Source: a virus. Taken from it: a stretch of 64,000 nt of DNA. The translations under genes were made by a program, and so were the position numbers. The stretch lies in IMG/VR virus record IMGVR_UViG_3300025133_000024, one strand, 5' to 3'. The number at the start of each line of letters is the position of its first letter. The first letter of the stretch is position 1. A model generated the notes under the pieces. That model saw only the letters and a program-made list of their open reading frames with translations. It did no database searches and was not told the DNA's origin. Positions 35,063-45,427 of the stretch are shown here, piece after piece.

Positions 35063-35296
35063 CTATCCTTTTATTAATTTGATTCTAATATTTCTATTTT
35101 CCGATAACATTTCTCGATTCAATATCTTCATTTTTAATATAGGTATTAAAGAACGGAACTTATCTCTTCTTTTGCGAAGAAGTTTTCCACTACGAACCGA
35201 AGAATCACCTACAAAAATAGAGTTTGAAATTAAAGAAGCAACCATACTTTCTTTTTCTTCATTTGATAAATCAAGGGAGGTTGTCTTTTTTTTCAT
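35063..35296 (-). CDS. Hypothetical basic protein
   Basis: 77-aa ORF tightly coupled within the head operon. Confidence 0.5.
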   Translation of the reverse strand: MKKKTTSLDLSNEEKESMVASLISNSIFVGDSSVRSGKLLRKRRDKFRSLIPILKMKILNREMLSENRNIRIKLIKG

Positions 35297-35299
35297 TTT

Positions 35300-35683
35300 T
35301 TATTTCCCAAAAAACATGCTAATGTCAATACCCGCATCATTTGGGTCCATTCCTAAAGGCGGCAATGAACTACCCTCAGACACCTTATCCACCGTTGCAT
35401 TAGGATGAACGTAATTTTTGTTACTTACATTCAGCCCTTCAAATACATTGACCCCGTTATACATGTTTTTAGAGAGTTCAGCGAGATTCTGCTTCTTTAG
35501 TGAAGGTTCGGTCGAAGAAGGAATTTGCGTTGATTCTTGGATGGCTGAGGAGGGAATATTTCGATTTAATCCTTTCATTGTTTCTGAGATGATGTTTGAT
35601 AGGATTTTTCCTTCTAAAAGGACTTCTTTGATGCATTCTTCAATTATTGGCTTTACAAGTTTTTTAAATTCGCTTTTTTTCAT
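35300..35683 (-). CDS. Putative prohead core protein with an IKEE-like motif
   Basis: MKKSEFKKLVKPIIEECIKEVLLE; C-terminal DPNDAGIDIS; immediately downstream of the protease. Confidence 0.6.
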   Translation of the reverse strand: MKKSEFKKLVKPIIEECIKEVLLEGKILSNIISETMKGLNRNIPSSAIQESTQIPSSTEPSLKKQNLAELSKNMYNGVNVFEGLNVSNKNYVHPNATVDKVSEGSSLPPLGMDPNDAGIDISMFFGK

Positions 35684-35684
35684 T

Positions 35685-36293
35685 TTATTTTACAATTTTT
35701 TCCATAAGTCCAAAAATTCGACTTAATTTATCACTAGTTTTTGTTGTTTGGATTTCTTTATATTCTTTAACAAGGAAAGCATTGGTTGTGGAAGGTTCTT
35801 GAACAATATCAAAACAAATCAGTTGATAATCATCTTCTACAAGCATTTTCCCGTTTTCTTCTCTTAGAGAACCAACACCCCTAGAGGAAATTCCTAACTT
35901 TACTCCGTCATTAATTAGAGTTTTAATGATATGTCCTGAGGGAGTGTTAAGAATTCTTAATTTCCCCATGACATTGTTTCCTTCCCACCAAACCTTTTCG
36001 ACCAAATGAGAAACATTTTTGAGGTTTACGACGGCTTCATCCCGGTGGTCCAATTCCCCTAATGCACGGGCTTCTTGAACCAATTGAAGGTATTTTTCCA
36101 TTTCTCTTTCAAGGGTTTCTTTTGGATATACTCTATTGTTGCCATTAACAGTCTCAGCAGCTTGAATAACACCTGTTAGGTAAACAGCATCATTTTCTTT
36201 TACATTGATTTTATCTTGTTCTGATAAATTATCTTTGCAAATACCATTTGGACACAATGCAAAGAATTCTCGAATTAATACTTTATTGGACAT
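35685..36293 (-). CDS. gp21: Prohead protease (T4 gp21-like)
   Basis: NGNNRVYP, ALGELDH, VSH, TPSGHI, LGISSRGVGS, FDIVQEPS catalytic motifs. Confidence 0.95.
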   Translation of the reverse strand: MSNKVLIREFFALCPNGICKDNLSEQDKINVKENDAVYLTGVIQAAETVNGNNRVYPKETLEREMEKYLQLVQEARALGELDHRDEAVVNLKNVSHLVEKVWWEGNNVMGKLRILNTPSGHIIKTLINDGVKLGISSRGVGSLREENGKMLVEDDYQLICFDIVQEPSTTNAFLVKEYKEIQTTKTSDKLSRIFGLMEKIVK

Positions 36294-36643
36294 TATTTAA
36301 TATCTCTTTCGTCTATGATTTGGAAATGCTCTCCGATTTTTTTTAATTTAACGTTTTCTAGATTTAAAGAAAAATTAAATCCATCTTTTGTAAATAAGGA
36401 GCATAGTAAAAAACTTGAGCAAGAACTTAATCCACCTAGTAAAAGACCTGTAATTGGATTATAATCAAAAGTGAATAATGTTGTGTATGTGTTTAATGAC
36501 CATAATAAAATACCAACATAAAAACCAACACACATTGGACAAGTGAAGAAATATTTTTTTGGTCTAATTTTATCGAAGATTTTACCCTTGGATAAGATTT
36601 GTGTTAAACCATATGAACAGAATATAAAGTATAATAGTTCCAT
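36293..36643 (-). CDS. Small membrane protein with CxxC (DUF1360-like)
   Basis: Hydrophobic helices and FFTCPMCVGFYVG. Confidence 0.55.
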   Translation of the reverse strand: MELLYFIFCSYGLTQILSKGKIFDKIRPKKYFFTCPMCVGFYVGILLWSLNTYTTLFTFDYNPITGLLLGGLSSCSSFLLCSLFTKDGFNFSLNLENVKLKKIGEHFQIIDERDIK

Positions 36644-36669
36644 TTTAAACTTACCTAATGATGTTTATG

Positions 36670-37191
36670 TTAAAAAGATGCACCAAAGCTGCCACCATAA
36701 TTGTGAGGTCGATGTTTTCTAGGGATTGCACCTTTAAATTCTTTATGGGGCACTTTACCAAGTTCAGTAGTTTCATCTTCATCTGGAGAAGAGTATCTTT
36801 GGTTAACTTCTTTGTGGTAATCTTCTTCTGCTTTAAAATATTCTTTTTCTTGTTCTAAAAATTCAGCGATGTTCATCAACACCATATCTATAGCATTAAT
36901 ATCAGACTTAGAAATTGCTATGGACGCTTCTAAAGAATAATAAATTGAACCACCTTGAATAGTATCAGGAGGAATCAAGCCTCTTTTTACAAGAAAATCA
37001 AAGAGAATGTCTTGTGAACCATAAATGTATTCATTCATTTCTCTCTTTGGAAATGTAACAATCTTGTTCTTTTCAGGAATTATAACAATATCAATATCAG
37101 GATGGTCCCGAACAAAAATTCTACCATCAATTGTTTGATAAATTTTTAAGTCATAATTTATTGACTCGAATCTTTTAATTGTTAACTTCAT
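36670..37191 (-). CDS. Hypothetical head-operon protein
   Basis: 173-aa ORF coupled to neighbours; no function recognised. Confidence 0.6.
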   Translation of the reverse strand: MKLTIKRFESINYDLKIYQTIDGRIFVRDHPDIDIVIIPEKNKIVTFPKREMNEYIYGSQDILFDFLVKRGLIPPDTIQGGSIYYSLEASIAISKSDINAIDMVLMNIAEFLEQEKEYFKAEEDYHKEVNQRYSSPDEDETTELGKVPHKEFKGAIPRKHRPHNYGGSFGASF

Positions 37192-37999
37192 TTTGACATT
37201 CTTTTATTAACTCATAAACATTACTAATTTTAAGAATCAACTCTTTATCGATTGCTTCTGTTTTAAACTCTTTTAATGTTGTATGAACAGTGTTTAATTG
37301 ATTTTTTAACAATTCATTTTCTTTAATGAATTTATAGGATTTTATTTTTATAATATCTTGCTCTATATTTGGAATCTCTTCATTAAGATAAGATTTTAAT
37401 GACAACTGATTGTCTGAGAAAGAGTTAATATATTCTTTTATCAAGATACTTTGTTTTTTAGTGAAATTTTGATACTTTTTGTTATATCTCTCAACAAACC
37501 TTCCCATAACAAGATTATCAACAGGCTTTAATTTTTCCTTCTCTTGATTTTTTGCACACATTTGCTCAAATAGGAAATTTTCCATGATTATCTTCTTTTT
37601 GATGTTAAGGCCATCTTTGAACAAAGAAGAGATTGTTGCAAGACTTTTATAATTTGGAACAAAGTTGTTATAAAATCTCTTATCAAGGATTTTGTTAATA
37701 TCTTTTATTAACTCACTTTGTTTTTCAAATAAGACTTTGTTGTCAAATGTTTTATAAACCTTGATTGACTCTTTTAATATTCTTTGAGCATCCTCTAGGA
37801 GGATATTTTGAGTTTCATAGATGTTTTTGTATAGTTCATATTCTTTTCCAAGAATATTATTTTTGCTAAAATGAGTTTTTAAAATTTTAACAATATTACT
37901 TTTCTTTTTCTGGTTTTTCTCAAAAATACTTTTGGACAATTCAATGACCAAAGATTCAAAAAGAAAAGCAACATTCCTTTTTTTATTATGTTTTATCAT
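37175..37999 (-). CDS. Hypothetical head-operon protein (helical)
   Basis: KHNKKRNVAFLFE N-terminus, FVPNYKSLATI; directly after portal. Confidence 0.65.
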   Translation of the reverse strand: MIKHNKKRNVAFLFESLVIELSKSIFEKNQKKKSNIVKILKTHFSKNNILGKEYELYKNIYETQNILLEDAQRILKESIKVYKTFDNKVLFEKQSELIKDINKILDKRFYNNFVPNYKSLATISSLFKDGLNIKKKIIMENFLFEQMCAKNQEKEKLKPVDNLVMGRFVERYNKKYQNFTKKQSILIKEYINSFSDNQLSLKSYLNEEIPNIEQDIIKIKSYKFIKENELLKNQLNTVHTTLKEFKTEAIDKELILKISNVYELIKECQNEVNN

Positions 38000-40900
38000 T
38001 ATTGCCCTTTTCCTCTTTTAGGAATTCTTCTCTATCTTCTAGAACTTTAACAATAGATTTTAATCCTTCGTTAATAACTACAATATCACCCTCGGTTTTA
38101 TCGTTTTCTTCAAAAATTCCTTTACCCAAAGAAGTTAAACCAAACAAATCTTTACCAACTTGAGATGACCTGCCCCTTTTTGTATTCTTAGAAGACTCCT
38201 TAGAATACAAGGATTGCATCTGTTTTTTTCTAGCTCCTGTTTGCCTTCCATCATACTTCTCAGGACTATAAAACTTACCTTTTGAACCTGGAGTTGTATA
38301 TGAACCATCTCTTGTATTGATTTTTACTTTTTTTGGCTCCGGCTTTAATTCATCATTTCTCTTCCCAGGTTCCATTGGTTGTGCTAATAATGATGGAGCA
38401 TCCTCTTCACCTGAGGGAACATCCATTTCTGGACCTTCACCACCTGGAGGTTCAATTGGAATTTCCATATCACCTCCTTCACCACCAAATGATTCTTCTC
38501 CACCCATCAATCCACTTGCGCCAGGACCAAAACCTCCATCTTCCATCTGAGCGCCAGCAAAAACAGATTCAAGAGACATATCAAACTTTTTATCACTAAA
38601 GATTTCTCTTTGGTTTTGAATAAACTCATTTTCAGACAATCCAAAGATTTTTGTGGCAACCCAACGCTTACTGAAAAATCCTTCAGTTGCAGCCGATGCT
38701 ACATCAAATTTTGTTCTCCAGTGTTCTAGTTCTTGTAATTCTGCAATTTTTGATGGATTTGCTAAGTCATATTTAAAAGATAATAAATCATCATCTCTGA
38801 AGCCTAATGTGTAAAGATGTACAATACTCATTTTCTCCAATTCATTAATAACAGATAATTGCAATCTTTGAATGGTCCTTGCAAAACGAACATCTTTTTG
38901 AGCTAATGTGCTTCTATCTTCAAATCCACCATCTTCTCCACCCATCAAATACGCCTTCGGAATTTTAATGGCTGCAAATAATTTATTCTGAAGATATTTT
39001 ACATCATCAATGTCACCTGTGTAAGTTCCACCAGCTAATGATTCAATTCTTGTAGCGTTGTTTTGCCCCCTGGTTGCGATGTAATAGTCGTCTTCAACGG
39101 AATTTCTAACAAACACTCCTGATTTAGCCATTTTGCCTTCAATTAACTCGACATTATAACCAGATGTAGGAAATACTCTTGTAGAGCTATCAATTGTAAC
39201 ACCATAAGCATCACATCTCTCTTCAACCAACTTAACAGAAACAACTTTATGATTAATTATTGGATTTTTAGTGAATTTTTTACTTGGTTGCCCAACAAGA
39301 GACTTTGAATAACATTCATGAGTGCAATATTTTCTGTTTTTATCTCTAATTGTTCCAATAAATTTTTTATTACATTGTTTACAAGACCATTCAAGTTCTT
39401 GATAATAACCACCACCTAAAAATCTATTATCAAAACGCTCATTATCAAAATCATGGTTTTTTAAAAGTCGATTAAATTCTTGCTTTGTTAAGTTAAAATG
39501 TTTGTATACCTGTTTTCTAGATTTAACAAGATTAGTATCGCAATATTCAACAAGTATATTCCAAGGAACTCTCATTGAAATATAAAAATCCTTAACCTTA
39601 GTCAAAGAACCAAAATTGTTTTTTCTCAATTGCTTTAATAAAGCTTGTTTGTCAATTGAATCAATTGTTCCATTTTTGAAATCAGGATTCAATTCTTTCA
39701 AGTATTTAATAAAGTTAACATTTTCATTCAAATAATTAATTATTTGATGATTCTTTGCATTCGAGCCTAATTCATTCAATGATTCAAAAATATAATAAAT
39801 TATACTAGAATCTGTTTTAAGTGTTAATTTATCAACTCTCTTCTTTCGAACTTCTGGATTTTTCCAAAGCTCTGTCGCATGCTCTTTAAAATTATTGTGC
39901 GCTTTTCTAGTTTTTGCCAAAGTTTCCCTAGATTTTTGCCTTCCTTCTGGGGATTTAGCATATTTTAATAAATTTTCAACTAACTCTTTGTGGGCCTTCA
40001 TATGTTCACTTTGTGTCATTAGTTGTAAATTTGTTGGTCTATTATCAAATTTAACATGATTTCTATGGTGAACAATATAAGGCCACTTATATTTCCCCTC
40101 CATATGTTCCATTACAAGTTTGTGACAACTTTCTCTTTTATTTGACAAAGGATTGTAAATTTGAGTGTAAAAATTGTCTTTGTTCGAATATTTCTTTAAC
40201 CTATTGTTTTTCGAACAATAATATGGCATCAATGAATCACCAATTTTTAAATTTTCTGCTTCAATTAAAGTACCATCTCTCAACATCCACTTATGCTCAG
40301 GAGTTGTTTTTATTTTTTGACCATCATCTAATTCAACTTCTATAAATTGAGCATTCTGTTGAGTCTGTCCTGCCCACAATATTTTTGCAGGAATGGGCTT
40401 ATGTTCCTCGTTTAATGACCAAGTATAAAACTCTTCACCCTCTGACCACTCCTCAGATAATTGTTTAAATGTTTTTCTAGAACCGTCCAAAAGCTCGATG
40501 GTATCGAAGGGATAGTGTGATAAAGGGTTATATCTATAATCCACCTTACCTGTTGTGGTATCGACAATTTGATTCTTTCTTAACTCTGCTTGAAACTTCA
40601 ACATATATTGCTCGACTTCATCTGGAGCAATATTTCCAACATCAACGTAAAATACACGCCTCTCCGAACTCCTGACAACTCGATAGCTCATCATTGCATC
40701 TTCCAAAAGTGTCAACTGCCTAAATATACGTCTAGCAGGTTCGAATATTGAACTACCATAGGGCGCATATCTATCATCACCAAGAATTCTAAAGTGAGAG
40801 ACTTGCCAGGGTTCAAAAGTCATTCCGGCAGAGTTCCATTGATATTGTGTATAATTTGGATTTGTTAAGTCTTGCCCTTCTATTCGTTCAACTTCTCTTG

Positions 40901-41420
40901 TTGGAAGTGCAATGACATTTTTGATACCTAATTTTTCATCAATATCTAGATAAAGAAAGAAATCTCCATCTTTGCACATGTTCCTTGTCCAGTAGAACAA
41001 GTTTGCATCAATATTCAGGACATTATATAAGAATTCATGTAGGATTGATTTGATTTCTTGATTGGGGCAGTTAATTTTGACAAGTTCTTGGAATAAAGAT
41101 TTTGTTGTGATTTCTTCTGCATAAAGGTCGAGGGCGGCAGCCAATTCAGGAAGAAATAGCATTTGTGAAAAGTCTGCATATCTTTCTGCTCGTTGTTGTT
41201 CAGAGAGATAACGAGTGGACATGTGTTGGAAGAAGTCTCTGGAATGTAGCTTAAATGGTTGACCAGCGACATCATTAAATTGGCTTCTATATTTGTCAAT
41301 GTCTTGACGACGTTCACGAGAATGAAGTTGTCTTCTTCTTTTTGTAATGGGGCCTGAGAATAATCTTGTTAATGCTTTGTATAAGGCATTATCTTTATTT
41401 CTTGTATTTTCTTTTGTCAT
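37986..41420 (-). CDS. gp20: Portal protein (T4 gp20-like) containing an intein
   Basis: RYADFSQM, KDGDFF, PYGSSIFEPARR, RRVFYVDVGN, IESLAGG, YLQNKLFAAIKIP, FARTIQRLQ portal motifs interrupted after YRYNPL. Confidence 0.93.
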   Translation of the reverse strand: MTKENTRNKDNALYKALTRLFSGPITKRRRQLHSRERRQDIDKYRSQFNDVAGQPFKLHSRDFFQHMSTRYLSEQQRAERYADFSQMLFLPELAAALDLYAEEITTKSLFQELVKINCPNQEIKSILHEFLYNVLNIDANLFYWTRNMCKDGDFFLYLDIDEKLGIKNVIALPTREVERIEGQDLTNPNYTQYQWNSAGMTFEPWQVSHFRILGDDRYAPYGSSIFEPARRIFRQLTLLEDAMMSYRVVRSSERRVFYVDVGNIAPDEVEQYMLKFQAELRKNQIVDTTTGKVDYRYNPLSHYPFDTIELLDGSRKTFKQLSEEWSEGEEFYTWSLNEEHKPIPAKILWAGQTQQNAQFIEVELDDGQKIKTTPEHKWMLRDGTLIEAENLKIGDSLMPYYCSKNNRLKKYSNKDNFYTQIYNPLSNKRESCHKLVMEHMEGKYKWPYIVHHRNHVKFDNRPTNLQLMTQSEHMKAHKELVENLLKYAKSPEGRQKSRETLAKTRKAHNNFKEHATELWKNPEVRKKRVDKLTLKTDSSIIYYIFESLNELGSNAKNHQIINYLNENVNFIKYLKELNPDFKNGTIDSIDKQALLKQLRKNNFGSLTKVKDFYISMRVPWNILVEYCDTNLVKSRKQVYKHFNLTKQEFNRLLKNHDFDNERFDNRFLGGGYYQELEWSCKQCNKKFIGTIRDKNRKYCTHECYSKSLVGQPSKKFTKNPIINHKVVSVKLVEERCDAYGVTIDSSTRVFPTSGYNVELIEGKMAKSGVFVRNSVEDDYYIATRGQNNATRIESLAGGTYTGDIDDVKYLQNKLFAAIKIPKAYLMGGEDGGFEDRSTLAQKDVRFARTIQRLQLSVINELEKMSIVHLYTLGFRDDDLLSFKYDLANPSKIAELQELEHWRTKFDVASAATEGFFSKRWVATKIFGLSENEFIQNQREIFSDKKFDMSLESVFAGAQMEDGGFGPGASGLMGGEESFGGEGGDMEIPIEPPGGEGPEMDVPSGEEDAPSLLAQPMEPGKRNDELKPEPKKVKINTRDGSYTTPGSKGKFYSPEKYDGRQTGARKKQMQSLYSKESSKNTKRGRSSQVGKDLFGLTSLGKGIFEENDKTEGDIVVINEGLKSIVKVLEDREEFLKEEKGNNDKT
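39102..40520 (-). mobile_element. 473-aa intein with an HNH homing endonuclease in the portal
   Basis: Exteins join as YRYNPL|SVEDDYY; N-terminal SHYPFDTIELLDG, block B TTPEHKW, HNH IVHHRNHVKFDNRPTNL, C-terminal HKVVSV...GVFVRN|S. Confidence 0.9.
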
Positions 41421-41448
41421 TAGTTTTCCAAAAATGGTTTTCTATATA

Positions 41449-43053
41449 TTATCCAACAAACAACCAAGGAAATTGCTGTTGATGATTGTGTTGTTCTCTA
41501 AACTGCTTTTCTAGTCTTCTTCCAGATTCCTTTATTGAACCAATGTGCATACCAGGAATGCTCGTATCAAGAATCTTTCTCCCAACAGAAAAAGAATTCA
41601 ATAAAGCCTTTTTGTATTCACCTTCTCTTGTAGAGTTAATGATTGCTGTGTCCCTTACCCAACAAGCAATAGCCATCGCCATAACCAAGTCATCATTATA
41701 ACCTCGTTGAGCCTCAGGCTTTCCATTGTTCCAAACAAATGTGTCCAATTCATGAATGAACCTTCCAGAAGGAGATTTTAACACATTTAATCGAATATAT
41801 TCTTCTAATTTTGCAATAATTAATGGTCTAGTTTTCACTGTAGTCGTAAAACCAGGAATAACCGTAGAATCAGACAATGCTACAATAGGGTCAACATATA
41901 TATGTGTCCCTTTTTTTGAGTAATATAGATTCCTATATCCTTGCTCTTCTATTGTGCTAGCTACAGTAAAACCAACATTGTTGTTCTCAACAACCAACAT
42001 TGCACCACCATATTCCTTGGCAGTGTTCTCCAAAAATGATGAAAATACATCTAGTGAAGGTTTTCCCTTATACTCAGCAACAATTTCCATATCTTCTAGA
42101 TTTAACACAACAGCCGTTGAATAATCCTCTCCATCGCCCCTAGCAACATCAGCGGAAACAAGATAAGTGTTCTTTGGACTGTAATCCTTCCAAATCCAAT
42201 AATTTCTATCAAATCCTGTTCTATATTTTGGTTGTTGGATGTTGTTTTTTAATTTCTCAATGTGTTTCGGGTCAATAACTGTATGTCCAGAAGCGTTAAA
42301 AGCACACATATATTCCTGTGCAATTTCCCGTTCAGAAAAATTCTTTGTTTCTTTCTGGAACCATGCTTCATCTCTCTCAGGATGAACATCCCACATTAAC
42401 TCTGTTAATAAAAATTCGTTCTCTCCTGTTTGAGCCTCAACACACGTTTTGTGAAACCATGACCCAACACCTTTTGGACTTGATAACCCAATCACTGAAC
42501 CTGCAACACTTACAGTTGGATAAATTGAAGTCCAAATCTCATCCATATTGTCAATATGAGCAGCCTCATCAATAACCAATAAAGAAAGTGCATCTGAACG
42601 ACCAGCATCACCGGCTGTAGATTCTGCGGCACATCTTGAGCCATTTTCTAATTCAATAAGGGTTCGATTGTCGTTTGCAAAATCAGATAATTTTAACCAA
42701 GAAGGCATTTTAGTGAGGATGGTTCTGACTTTTCTGAGGATATTTTGAGCTTTTTGTTGTTTGGTTGCGATAACCAAGACTTCTTTGTATTTATAGAAAT
42801 TTATTAACCATGCAATATAACCAGCAACAATAGTTGAAATACCAAGTTGTCTAGCTTTAAGAATGATATTATAACGATAATCTCTAAATTTTCTGAGAAG
42901 GTCTTCTTGGTAATCGAATGTATTAAACAATATCTCACCTTTTTTGGGATGAGATATTTTTGCATAATTGCACAAGAAATAAACGGGGTCTTTACCACAT
43001 CTTATGATTTCTTCTTTTATTTGAGATTTGGTTAGAGATAACCTTCGAGCCAT
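41449..43053 (-). CDS. gp17: Terminase large subunit (gp17-like)
   Basis: ILKARQLGIST, Walker B LLVIDEAAHI, nuclease SADVARG, NDDLVMA. Confidence 0.95.
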   Translation of the reverse strand: MARRLSLTKSQIKEEIIRCGKDPVYFLCNYAKISHPKKGEILFNTFDYQEDLLRKFRDYRYNIILKARQLGISTIVAGYIAWLINFYKYKEVLVIATKQQKAQNILRKVRTILTKMPSWLKLSDFANDNRTLIELENGSRCAAESTAGDAGRSDALSLLVIDEAAHIDNMDEIWTSIYPTVSVAGSVIGLSSPKGVGSWFHKTCVEAQTGENEFLLTELMWDVHPERDEAWFQKETKNFSEREIAQEYMCAFNASGHTVIDPKHIEKLKNNIQQPKYRTGFDRNYWIWKDYSPKNTYLVSADVARGDGEDYSTAVVLNLEDMEIVAEYKGKPSLDVFSSFLENTAKEYGGAMLVVENNNVGFTVASTIEEQGYRNLYYSKKGTHIYVDPIVALSDSTVIPGFTTTVKTRPLIIAKLEEYIRLNVLKSPSGRFIHELDTFVWNNGKPEAQRGYNDDLVMAMAIACWVRDTAIINSTREGEYKKALLNSFSVGRKILDTSIPGMHIGSIKESGRRLEKQFREQHNHQQQFPWLFVG

Positions 43054-43550
43054 TATTCATCATCCAAAAAGTTTAAAAATCTTTTTATTGTCTCGTTAAG
43101 GTTATCTTTCTTTTGTTCTTTTGACAAACCACCAATTTCAAAAACTGCTGAAGCCTCGACCCAACTTCTATGCATATTTAAACTTCTTGCATCAACGTCA
43201 ATCTCTCCAAGTTGTTTAAGTTTTAAGGTTTTCCCTTTTTTGTTCTTGAAATCATTTGATTTATATTCTTTTTTGATAAAAGAAATAATATCGTCAAAAA
43301 CATCTTGAATATCACCTTCAAAACTCTTTTTATGCATATCTTTCAAAGAAATTTCACTCTGATAAACAACAACCATATGCTTTCCTTGAAATCGAATTGA
43401 AAATCCATCAATAACTCGTTTGTCAGTTAAAGGATTCCCTTTTTCTCTTTTCAGGCCAATTTTCACTGGTTGTCCATCTTTATCTAATGCACCATCATGT
43501 GTTTTATGGATGCAATTAGAAATTCCTTGAATAACATCTAAAATATTCAT
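43053..43550 (-). CDS. Hypothetical protein upstream of terminase
   Basis: HDGALDKDGQPVKIGLKREKG..IDGF motif; 165 aa. Confidence 0.65.
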   Translation of the reverse strand: MNILDVIQGISNCIHKTHDGALDKDGQPVKIGLKREKGNPLTDKRVIDGFSIRFQGKHMVVVYQSEISLKDMHKKSFEGDIQDVFDDIISFIKKEYKSNDFKNKKGKTLKLKQLGEIDVDARSLNMHRSWVEASAVFEIGGLSKEQKKDNLNETIKRFLNFLDDE

Positions 43551-43555
43551 TATTA

Positions 43556-43873
43556 TTATTCTCTAAATTTTTGTTTTGAAGGTTGTGTTGGTTGTGATAC
43601 TGATGGGTTTGAAGGTCTTTTCCCACCCATTGATACAATTGGTGCAATATCATGTTCTGCTTCTTGACCAGCAAAAGACTTTCCTGGTTGCTGACCTGTG
43701 ACCAACATTTTCAAAAGCTTTATAATCTGTGGACCCAAATCTTCCTTCATTACCGCAATTAATTCATCAAATTTTCCAATAACCTTGCCATGATAAGCAG
43801 AATTGGTGTCTGATGTCATAAATTCCTTCATTGTTTCTTCTAAAATGATTTGCTTTACTTGTTTTTTATTCAT
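43556..43873 (-). CDS. IKEE-motif protein (start reassigned to MNKKQVKQIILEE)
   Basis: N-terminal motif shared with other ORFs; avoids a 60-nt overlap. Confidence 0.6.
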   Translation of the reverse strand: MNKKQVKQIILEETMKEFMTSDTNSAYHGKVIGKFDELIAVMKEDLGPQIIKLLKMLVTGQQPGKSFAGQEAEHDIAPIVSMGGKRPSNPSVSQPTQPSKQKFRE

Positions 43874-44579
43874 TTTGTTGACTTCCAAATCCAAAACGAC
43901 CATGTTCTGGGCCACCGACTTGTCCACCTGTTGCTGTTATAGCGCTTGCAGAACGAGTTTGTCGCGGGATGAGTTCTTTTTGTAGCTCCATTAATTCATC
44001 ATAAATTCGATATAATAATTGTTGACTTTGTGTTGTTTTACCCTTGTTTTTTCCTGCAAACTCTTTAGATGGATCTAAAGAGCTTTGCCCATCTAAATCT
44101 TTATCTACACCCTTCTCGATACCGGAAATTGGCACTCTCCCTTGTGAAGACATCCGATTTCCTTTCCGACGCATCTCTTTTTTTCTCTTTAAACGAGCTA
44201 TTTGTTGAGCATTTTTATCTTCATATGATTCTTGTAGGTCACTCATAAGGTTGCCTTTTCCGAAGGGGTGTCTAACTGGTCTAGACAAAAGAGTCTGGAA
44301 GTTTCCATCTAAACGTCCTGTTTGAAGAAATTGTTTTAAAGAATTAGTTAACTTTGATAACTTTCCATGAACGTCATTTTCCAATTCCCCTGAGGGGCTG
44401 TCATCCAGCTTCTCATTTTCTTCATCCCAATCCTTTCCACCAAATTTACTCTTGATCGAGCCCCATAAGCTTTCTTCAAGAGTATCCTCAGAAATATCTT
44501 CAAGTTCTTCGGAAACATAATCAATTTCTTCCTTGATTATTTGTTGTAATCTTTTTTTTGTGATTGTAAAATCTGACAT
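43866..44579 (-). CDS. IKEE-motif protein (start reassigned to MSDFTITKKRLQQIIKEE)
   Basis: GGAG SD upstream of ATG 44579; acidic propeptide-like N-terminus. Confidence 0.65.
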   Translation of the reverse strand: MSDFTITKKRLQQIIKEEIDYVSEELEDISEDTLEESLWGSIKSKFGGKDWDEENEKLDDSPSGELENDVHGKLSKLTNSLKQFLQTGRLDGNFQTLLSRPVRHPFGKGNLMSDLQESYEDKNAQQIARLKRKKEMRRKGNRMSSQGRVPISGIEKGVDKDLDGQSSLDPSKEFAGKNKGKTTQSQQLLYRIYDELMELQKELIPRQTRSASAITATGGQVGGPEHGRFGFGSQQNE

Positions 44580-44604
44580 TATATTTAATTTCTCCAATAT
44601 TTGT

Positions 44605-45069
44605 TTATCGATGTGGTTCTTGATAAGTTGTTCCTCTGTCACCAGAAGATTGATTTTGATTAAGCGTTGACTGTCTTTCTTTGGCAACTTTAGCCATACC
44701 AGCAATAAATTGCTCCAAAAGAAGTAGGGTCTGTTGTCCACTTGGAAAATACCTAATATTACTTAAACTCATTAGAAGTCTAGATAAAAAGAAGTTCCCC
44801 GACGCACCAGGAGGGCGAAGCTCGAGTTCGTAATCTTTGTATTCTCTGCTATATAACATATTAACCAGTTGCATTGTTAGGTTTTTATTATCTGTTAACA
44901 ACGCACTAAATGTTAATTCACCGATGTTTGGAACATTGTTAGTTTGTTGAGTTTGTCGCTGATGAGGTAATCCTGGAGGAGGAGCCATCTGTTGAGGAGT
45001 TTTTGGCCTTTCCTGAAGATTCATTTCTTCAATAATGATTTTCTTTAAAATTTCATTAAAATTTGACAT
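44605..45069 (-). CDS. IKEE-like-motif protein, Gln/Pro-rich
   Basis: MSNFNEILKKIIIEEMNLQE. Confidence 0.6.
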   Translation of the reverse strand: MSNFNEILKKIIIEEMNLQERPKTPQQMAPPPGLPHQRQTQQTNNVPNIGELTFSALLTDNKNLTMQLVNMLYSREYKDYELELRPPGASGNFFLSRLLMSLSNIRYFPSGQQTLLLLEQFIAGMAKVAKERQSTLNQNQSSGDRGTTYQEPHR

Positions 45070-45427
45070 TATTTTTTTCTTGTCCTTCTAAATGGTTAAT
45101 GTAACACTTATAACAACAACTATATTTAATGTACATCACATCATCGTCAATTGTTTTACATTTATTTTTACAAATGGAGCAATTTTTTATTCCATTTTTC
45201 CTATTAATTAGTTTTTGAGGCATACTTATACCACCAACATTAACAACTTCATGGAACTTTTCCAAAACAATGTCTTTTTTTACTTTATTTTTCCATTGTT
45301 TCAAAAATTCTTCTTCTCTCTCTTTATCCCAATCATCTTCTGGAACCTTTATAGCATCCAAACCATAATGGTCATAAATTGCCTTCTCCATTTGCTTCAA
45401 AAATTGCTCTTTCTTGTTTTTGTCCAT
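45056..45427 (-). CDS. Cys-rich (Zn-binding) hypothetical protein
   Basis: CSIC...C...CCYKCYI C-terminal cluster. Confidence 0.6.
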   Translation of the reverse strand: MDKNKKEQFLKQMEKAIYDHYGLDAIKVPEDDWDKEREEEFLKQWKNKVKKDIVLEKFHEVVNVGGISMPQKLINRKNGIKNCSICKNKCKTIDDDVMYIKYSCCYKCYINHLEGQEKNNVKF

